From Opitutales bacterium (GTDB lineage: Bacteria; Verrucomicrobiota; Verrucomicrobiia; Opitutales; T3Sed10-336): a DNA stretch of 64,000 nucleotides. Shown piece after piece: positions 58,626 through 64,000 of the stretch. Under the pieces are notes generated by a model. That model searched no databases, was not told the origin of the DNA, and saw only the letters and a program-made list of their open reading frames with translations. Position 1 is the first letter of the stretch. Each line of letters starts with the position of its first letter. The stretch lies in assembly GCA_007130045.1 (NCBI GenBank), contig SLTG01000094.1:590-64589 (forward strand). Reading direction: 5' to 3'. A program made the translations under genes and the position numbers.

Positions 58626-60099
58626 TCGTCCCGGAGGGGGCGCGGAACGGGCCGACGCCCTGCGATCGACTCGAGAGGAAACCATTGCCAGGGTACGGGG
58701 CCTGATCGACACATCGCCGGAGCTCGCGAGTCTGCTCCTTGAGTTCGAGCCCGGAGATCTGTTGCTTCGGGAGGGGGGATTTGTTGGAAAGATCTTCTGT
58801 ATATTCGATGGGACGGTGACGCTATTCCGGCGCGGCGCGGACAGCGAGCGCATCGCGGTGGACTTTGTTCGGGAAGGCGAGCTCGTCGGCCTTTTGTCGT
58901 ACTTCACCGGAGCGCGGAATTTTTTCGATGCCGAAGTGACGCAACGGGGCACCGGCCTTGTGTTGAGTTTCGAAAAGTTTCGGTCGCTTGAGGGATCGGC
59001 GCCGGAGCTTTACAGAGGGTTGCAGTCGCTCATTTATCACAACCTGATCGAGCGCTATCGCCGGATGGCTAGGCTCCACATGGAGCTTGCGACCGTCAAC
59101 TCAACCCTCGAAAAGGAACGCGACGCGTTGCGACGGACGGTTGCGGAACTCGAACAGACCCGCAGCCGTTTGGTGGAACAGGAGAAAATGGCCATGCTGG
59201 GCCGTTTGGTAGCCGGGCTCGCCCACGAAATCAATAATCCCGCCTCGGCGATACTGCGCTCGATCGACTATCTCCGCGAGGCGTTTGAAGAAGTCCTCGG
59301 TCAGCGCGACGGGAAGCAAAGGGAGATCGCCAGGCGCTTCTGGGAGGAAGGAGTGCGTGCCCAAATGCCGGATACGTCGACTCAGCGCGAGCGATTGGAG
59401 TCGTTGGTCCGCAAGCATCCGAAGATATCCCGTCCCCTGTTGCGCCGGCTGGCCGTGGTTTCGCCGGAAGTGCTCGGCATGGCATCGGACCTGGACGACA
59501 GGAAAATTCGTCAACTGCTGCCGGTTTTCGAAGCGGGCCTGAGTTTGCAGACAGTCCAGGTTTCTTCCGAAAGGATTCGCAATCTTGTCGTCAATCTGAA
59601 GAAGTACGCCCGCCCGGGGGCGCACGGCGTGAGCCGGATCGACCTGCGGGAGGGAATCCGGGAAACGTTGTTGATCCTTCGCGGAATTCTTAAGCGGTAC
59701 GAAGTGGAGGTCGATTTGCCGGAGATTCCACCGGTTGACGCGGATCCGGGAAGGCTCAACCAGGTATGGACGAATCTCATCCACAACGCCTGCGAGGCGA
59801 TGGGTGAATCGGGACGGCTTCGGGTGTCCTGCGGGCGTTCGGACGAAAACCGGGTGTTCGTGCGGGTTCAGGACAGCGGTCCCGGCGTGCCGGACGAGTT
59901 GAAGGGAAGAATCTTCGATGCCAGTTTCACGACGAAGGAGCAGGCCAAACATTTTGGGCTTGGGCTTGGCTTGAGCATATCAAGGGACATCATTGCGGAT
60001 CATGCAGGGGTGATGACTGTTGAGGATGCTCCCGGAGGAGGCGCGGTGTTTTGCGTGGAGGTGCCGTCGGCGGTGGAGGATGCGACCGAAGGGAAATGA
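58588..60099 (+). CDS. soluble histidine kinase with an N-terminal cyclic-nucleotide-binding-like domain
   Basis: The cNMP-like beta-barrel reads GDLLLREGGFVGKIFCIFDGTVTLF...FVREGELVGLLSYFTG. A coiled coil follows, then the H-box (LAHEINNPASA), N-box (NLIHNACEAM), G1 (VQDSGPGVP) and G2 (GLGLGLSIS). No TM helix is present. The start is uncertain (58588 ATG or 58525 TTG) and overlaps the REC gene. Confidence 0.8.
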   Translation: MCASETESTPGSDRPGGGAERADALRSTREETIARVRGLIDTSPELASLLLEFEPGDLLLREGGFVGKIFCIFDGTVTLFRRGADSERIAVDFVREGELVGLLSYFTGARNFFDAEVTQRGTGLVLSFEKFRSLEGSAPELYRGLQSLIYHNLIERYRRMARLHMELATVNSTLEKERDALRRTVAELEQTRSRLVEQEKMAMLGRLVAGLAHEINNPASAILRSIDYLREAFEEVLGQRDGKQREIARRFWEEGVRAQMPDTSTQRERLESLVRKHPKISRPLLRRLAVVSPEVLGMASDLDDRKIRQLLPVFEAGLSLQTVQVSSERIRNLVVNLKKYARPGAHGVSRIDLREGIRETLLILRGILKRYEVEVDLPEIPPVDADPGRLNQVWTNLIHNACEAMGESGRLRVSCGRSDENRVFVRVQDSGPGVPDELKGRIFDASFTTKEQAKHFGLGLGLSISRDIIADHAGVMTVEDAPGGGAVFCVEVPSAVEDATEGK

Positions 60100-60340
60100 T
60101 TGCGCGAACATATCCTCCGGATCCGTACGGACCCGGTCTGCAATGGGTACCGGTCCTTATTCCGCTTCGTCGTGCCGGCTGCCAGGAAGATCCGGATGAT
60201 TATGGAAAGATCCGTAGAGGCGTTCCGTGCTGAAAGGTTTGAGGAAACGTGGAGTCGAGAAGTCTTCCTGCTATTCGGGCGAGCGGGCGGAAACCGTCGG
60301 ATTCTCCCGACAATCACCCGACAGGCAACAACGCCTGCCT

Positions 60341-61402
60341 CTATGATCCTTCCTGAGCGCCGGTGCCCGGGCCTCTTCCCTCGATCGATTCGAGGCGTTC
60401 GCGGGCTTCGTCGGCGCTTGGTGACGTGGGCGAGGAGGTGATGGCTTCGTTGTAGAATACCCTGGCGGCGACGTAGTTGTCGCGGCGGAGGTTGTAGAAA
60501 TCACCGATGATCAGCTTGCTGCGCGCGAGAATATCGCGCATTTCATCGAGGCCATCCTCGGCGATTTGCGCGTAGGGGCTGTTCGGAAAGAGGATCATGA
60601 AATCCTCGAAGTAGGAAATCGCCTGACGCGTCGCGCCCTGGTCGTACTCGGGACCGGTGACCATGTCGGCAAAGCCCTGCGCCAGTCCGAGGTAGGCATC
60701 GGGGGCGAGAAGATGGTTCGGGTAATCGGTGACCAGGCGTTCAAAGGCGTCGATCGCGTCTTCGGGCCGTCCGCGGTTTTTCTCGACGTGCGCCATGTAC
60801 CCCAGGGCCACGGGCGCGTAGTCGCTGTAAGGCGCGTTGGCGACGACGCGGTCCAGCATGTCGACGGCGCGGTCCATGTTGCGGAATCCGGGAATGGCTC
60901 CGAATATCCGGAATCGCGCGCCCTCGGCAACATGGACGGCGATTTCAAACTGCAGTCCGACGACGTTGTTGAAGCGATGATAGTCGGGATGCCTTTTGAC
61001 AATGGTATCCAGCGCGTCGAACGCATGGCCCCATTGGTGCCTGTCCAGCCGGATGAGGGCGATCTGGTAATAAGATTCAGGGGAGTATAGCGAGTCCGGA
61101 TACAGGCGATGCACCCGTCTGTAACGGCGGAGGGCGGCGTGCCGGCGACCGTCCTCCTGGAGTCGGCGGGCTTCGTTCATCAATTCCAGGGCCTCGGGGG
61201 GGGCGGGTTTTCGCGCCTCGCTGGGCGTCGGATCCTCGAGGACCCAGCCTTCGGCGGAGGACCAGACCAACTCGGCCGAAAGTTCGCGGCCGGGGGTCAT
61301 CAGGAGAAGGACGAGAACCGCAATCGCGGTTAACGCCGGAAAGGGGCGTTTCCTCCCCGGGGAAGTCCGGTAGCGGCGAGATGTTGACGAGACGGAAGTC
61401 AT
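60341..61402 (-). CDS. bamD: BamD/YfiO-like TPR protein (outer-membrane assembly factor-like) lacking a lipobox
   Basis: It has a hydrophobic signal or anchor (FPALTAIAVLVLLLM) and TPR-like repeats with a BamD-like pattern (YPDSLYSPESYYQIALIRL..., YPNHLLAPDAYLGLAQGF..., FPNSPYAQIAEDGL...LIIGDFYNLRRDNYVAARVFYNEAI). There is no Cys in the whole ORF. Its start overlaps the fabH stop (ATGA). Confidence 0.6.
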   Translation of the reverse strand: MTSVSSTSRRYRTSPGRKRPFPALTAIAVLVLLLMTPGRELSAELVWSSAEGWVLEDPTPSEARKPAPPEALELMNEARRLQEDGRRHAALRRYRRVHRLYPDSLYSPESYYQIALIRLDRHQWGHAFDALDTIVKRHPDYHRFNNVVGLQFEIAVHVAEGARFRIFGAIPGFRNMDRAVDMLDRVVANAPYSDYAPVALGYMAHVEKNRGRPEDAIDAFERLVTDYPNHLLAPDAYLGLAQGFADMVTGPEYDQGATRQAISYFEDFMILFPNSPYAQIAEDGLDEMRDILARSKLIIGDFYNLRRDNYVAARVFYNEAITSSPTSPSADEARERLESIEGRGPGTGAQEGS

Positions 61403-62481
61403 AAACTTTTTTCGTGCCGGCGGAGCAGTGTTGCGCCCCAGGTCAGGCCCGCGCCGAATGCGACGAGGACCACGTAGTCTCCGTCGCTTATCTTACCCTC
61501 GGCCATGGCTTCATCCAGGGCGAGGGGGACGGACGCGGCGGAGGTGTTCCCGAGGAGGTCGAGGTTGACGTGAAAACGATCCATCGGAAGCTTCATCCGT
61601 TCGGAAAGCATTTCGATGATACGGACGTTTGCCTGGTGGGGGATGATGCAGCGAACTTTTTCCAGCGGAACGTTGTTGCGTTGGAGGATTTCGAGGGCCG
61701 CGCGTTCCATGATGCGGACGGCGACCTTGAAAACTTCGCGGCCGTTCATCTTCAGAAAGTGGTACCCGGCCGCCACGGAGTCGGCGCTGGCCGGGATGCG
61801 GCAGCCACCGCCGGGCATGTAAAGAATGTTCGAGGCCGAACCGTCCGACCCCAGGAGGGTGTCCACGACCTCGACGCGGCCTTCGCCGGGATTGTCTTCC
61901 CGGCTGAGAACGGCTGCCCCGGCTCCGTCGCCGAAGAGAACGCAGGTGGAGCGATCGGACCAGTCGAGGATGGACGACAGCTTTTCGGTACCGATGATCA
62001 ACGCGTGCCGAAAGCGCCCGCTTTGGAGCATGGCCGAGGCGATCTCCGTGATGTAGATGAATCCGGAACACGCCGCTTCAACGTCGAAGGCGCACACGTT
62101 GCGCATCCCGAGGCGATCCTGAACCAGGCATGCGGTGGAGGGGAAAAGCATGTCGGGGGTAATGGTCGCGACGATCACTAGATCGATGTCGCCGGGGCCG
62201 AGGCCGGCGCTTTCGAGCGCCCGGACGCCGGCGCGCACGGCCATGTCGGAAGCGGTTTCGTTGGGAGCAGCGATACGCCGTTCCCGTATGCCGGTGCGGG
62301 AGACGATCCATTCGTCGGTCGTTTCGACCAGTTTGGTCAGATCGTCGTTCGTGAGAATTTTTTCGGGGATGCAGCTGCCGGTTCCCGTGATTGTGACTGT
62401 GGTCCGGGCGGAGGACTCCGATTGCACGGCGGACGGGACATTGGAGTCCCGGTTTCGGCCGCTGTTGGAATAGTCGCTCAT
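61399..62481 (-). CDS. fabH: beta-ketoacyl-ACP synthase III
   Basis: The active-site Cys (EAACSGFIY), HQANVRI and GNTSAASVPL motifs are present. There is a low-complexity N-terminal extension of about 27 aa. Confidence 0.92.
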   Translation of the reverse strand: MSDYSNSGRNRDSNVPSAVQSESSARTTVTITGTGSCIPEKILTNDDLTKLVETTDEWIVSRTGIRERRIAAPNETASDMAVRAGVRALESAGLGPGDIDLVIVATITPDMLFPSTACLVQDRLGMRNVCAFDVEAACSGFIYITEIASAMLQSGRFRHALIIGTEKLSSILDWSDRSTCVLFGDGAGAAVLSREDNPGEGRVEVVDTLLGSDGSASNILYMPGGGCRIPASADSVAAGYHFLKMNGREVFKVAVRIMERAALEILQRNNVPLEKVRCIIPHQANVRIIEMLSERMKLPMDRFHVNLDLLGNTSAASVPLALDEAMAEGKISDGDYVVLVAFGAGLTWGATLLRRHEKSL

Positions 62482-62519
62482 AGTCGAAAGGAGTCCGTCT
62501 TAAAAGGAGACACGGCCGC

Positions 62520-63587
62520 TCATATGGCGGGGAACGGTTCCGCGCGCCGGATCGATTCGTTCGCCCTTGCTATTTCTTCGGTAATGTGGCCGTTCATGTC
62601 CTTCGCGATAATTTCCGTGCCGATACGAAGCGCGTTCATGATCGCTTCCCGGTTGCTCGATCCGTGGGCTTTCATAATGTTGCCGCGGAGGCCGAGCAGG
62701 GGAGCTCCCCCGTAGTAGTCGGGGTTGAGCTGGGTTTTCATGGTCTTGAACGCGCCCATGGAGAGAAGCGCCCCGAATTTCCGGAGCGGATTCCTTGTGA
62801 TTTCCTCTTTCAGGTATTCCTTGAGCGCCAGGAAGAGAGACTCGCAGGTTTTCAGAACGATATTTCCGACAAAACCATCGCAGACCACCACGTCCACGTG
62901 GTTCTGGAAGAGGTGAAATCCTTCGATCGGACCCTGGTAGTTGAGAAGGTCCGAGAGGTTTTTCAGAAGCGTGTTTGTATTGTAGGTCAACTCGTTCCCT
63001 TTGCCTTCTTCGGTTCCGATCGAGAGAAGCCCGATCCGGGGATTTTCGATGCCGAGCGCGATCTGGCAATAGATTTTTCCGAGAATGGCGTTGTGCGCCA
63101 AGTGCTCCGGCCGGGCGTCGGGATTGGCGCCGGCGTCGATCAGAACGAAATGGCATCCCTTGTTCGGGATGACCGTGGCGAGAGCGGGGCGATCGACGCC
63201 TTCGAGCATTCGAAGTTTGATGGTCCCACCCGCCATGAGGCTCCCGGTGTTTCCGCAACTGAGAAGGACCTTCGCTTCGCCGGCCTTTACCAGGTCGATC
63301 GCCCGCACCATGGAGGAGTCCTTCTTGCGCTTCAGGGACTGCAGCGGCTTGTCGTTCATCTCAATGACCTCCGACGCGTGCCGGATCGAGACACGCTGCT
63401 CGCTGTCGAGCCCCGTTTTCCTGAGAAGCGGGGTCAGAGCCGATTCGTTCCCGACCAGGATCGTCTCTTCCAGTTTGGGGACCTGCTCATAGGCCAGCGC
63501 GAGGGCTTCGACGACTTCGGCCGGCCCCAGATCTCCTCCCATGGCATCGATGGCGATGGTTTTCGTGCCGGACCCTTTATCCTCCAT
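62520..63587 (-). CDS. plsX: phosphate acyltransferase
   Basis: It contains IAIDAMGGDLGP, LLSCGNTGSLMA and the typical VVCDGFVGNIVLK segment. Confidence 0.92.
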   Translation of the reverse strand: MEDKGSGTKTIAIDAMGGDLGPAEVVEALALAYEQVPKLEETILVGNESALTPLLRKTGLDSEQRVSIRHASEVIEMNDKPLQSLKRKKDSSMVRAIDLVKAGEAKVLLSCGNTGSLMAGGTIKLRMLEGVDRPALATVIPNKGCHFVLIDAGANPDARPEHLAHNAILGKIYCQIALGIENPRIGLLSIGTEEGKGNELTYNTNTLLKNLSDLLNYQGPIEGFHLFQNHVDVVVCDGFVGNIVLKTCESLFLALKEYLKEEITRNPLRKFGALLSMGAFKTMKTQLNPDYYGGAPLLGLRGNIMKAHGSSNREAIMNALRIGTEIIAKDMNGHITEEIARANESIRRAEPFPAI

Positions 63588-63659
63588 ATGATTTCGGGAG
63601 AAGTCGCGGAAAGGTCACCGCGGGAAACAAGGTGAGTGTGATGACAATTCGAAAAAGCC

Positions 63660-63839
63660 TCAGGCCTCCATGTCGATAACCTGGCGCCCCCGGTACATCC
63701 CGTTGTTCGGATTGACGCGATGCGGGCGGTAAGCGGTGCCGTCCACAGTGTCCTTCGACAGTTGAGGGGCCTTGAAGCGGTTGGCGGCGCGGCGTTTGGC
63801 GCTCCGTGCCTTGGATTGTTTACGTTTTGGATTGGCCAT
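63660..63839 (-). CDS. rpmF: 50S ribosomal protein L32
   Basis: My own translation gives MANPKRKQSKARSAKRRAANRFKAPQLSKDTVDGTAYRPHRVNPNNGMYRGRQVIDMEA (59 aa, so below the ORF-track cutoff). The L32 N-terminal motif MA-x-PKRK-x-SK-x-R is present. It lies upstream of plsX, as in the conserved operon. Confidence 0.9.
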   Translation of the reverse strand: MANPKRKQSKARSAKRRAANRFKAPQLSKDTVDGTAYRPHRVNPNNGMYRGRQVIDMEA

Positions 63840-63928
63840 GATTTTCTCTTGTTGAGATTAGGAAAGTTGATCTGTGCTTCCTGCGCAAAAGAAAAATCAT
63901 TACGCAGCCGGTGTTTTTTCGTCAAGCC

Positions 63929-64000
63929 TTATTCGAAATCCGGCGGGATTCGCGCGTTGACGGATCGCCTTTCCGGATTCTTTTGTTGCTCCGACGACGA
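63929..64000 (-). CDS. C-terminal 23 codons of a YceD/DUF177-like protein (gene enters from the right edge)
   Basis: There is an open frame to the window edge ending ...NPERRSVNARIPPDFE-stop. The call rests mainly on the conserved order yceD-rpmF-plsX-fabH and a weak resemblance to the (I/V)DPR...L tail of DUF177 proteins. Confidence 0.3.
   Translation of the reverse strand, partial: SSSEQQKNPERRSVNARIPPDFE

Overview
This is a GC-rich, gene-dense bacterial chromosomal window. I count about 60 protein genes on both strands. There is no rRNA, no complete tRNA, no CRISPR array and no transposase. Most of the content is housekeeping: hemL, ptsI, ispE, pyrF-ispD-ispF, galT, trpF, nadK, uvrA, fabG-acpP-fabF, and rpmF-plsX-fabH. 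These are interleaved with envelope and regulatory modules. Those modules are two ECF sigma/anti-sigma pairs, a TolC-MacA-MacB-type efflux operon, an M50 protease next to a sigma-54 activator and a lone TpsB barrel, a cNMP-sensing two-component pair, two Tat-signal Gfo/Idh/MocA oxidoreductases with a discoidin lipoprotein, and a GT2/GT39-like pair. The gene repertoire resembles a PVC-type (Verrucomicrobia/Planctomycetes-like) Gram-negative organism, but that is inference only. Because of the GC content, many very long antisense ORFs appear on the ORF track, and I reject them. I found no convincing novel multi-gene system such as a defence island, toxin cluster or array. The best leads are: (1) an integrase 5' end plus a tRNA-Ser-like 3' fragment at the extreme left, which looks like the edge of an integrated element lying outside the window; (2) an intact but internally deleted 99-codon IspF; (3) a fused EtfB-EtfA gene coupled to ETF-QO, next to an unusual 500-nt structured intergenic region; (4) the S2P-CBS / NtrC / orphan TpsB neighbourhood; (5) a soluble cNMP-domain histidine kinase with a REC-only partner behind an SLC13 transporter; and (6) several strong palindromes or hairpins in divergent promoter regions. 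All family calls come from motifs I could read in the translations. No database search was run.
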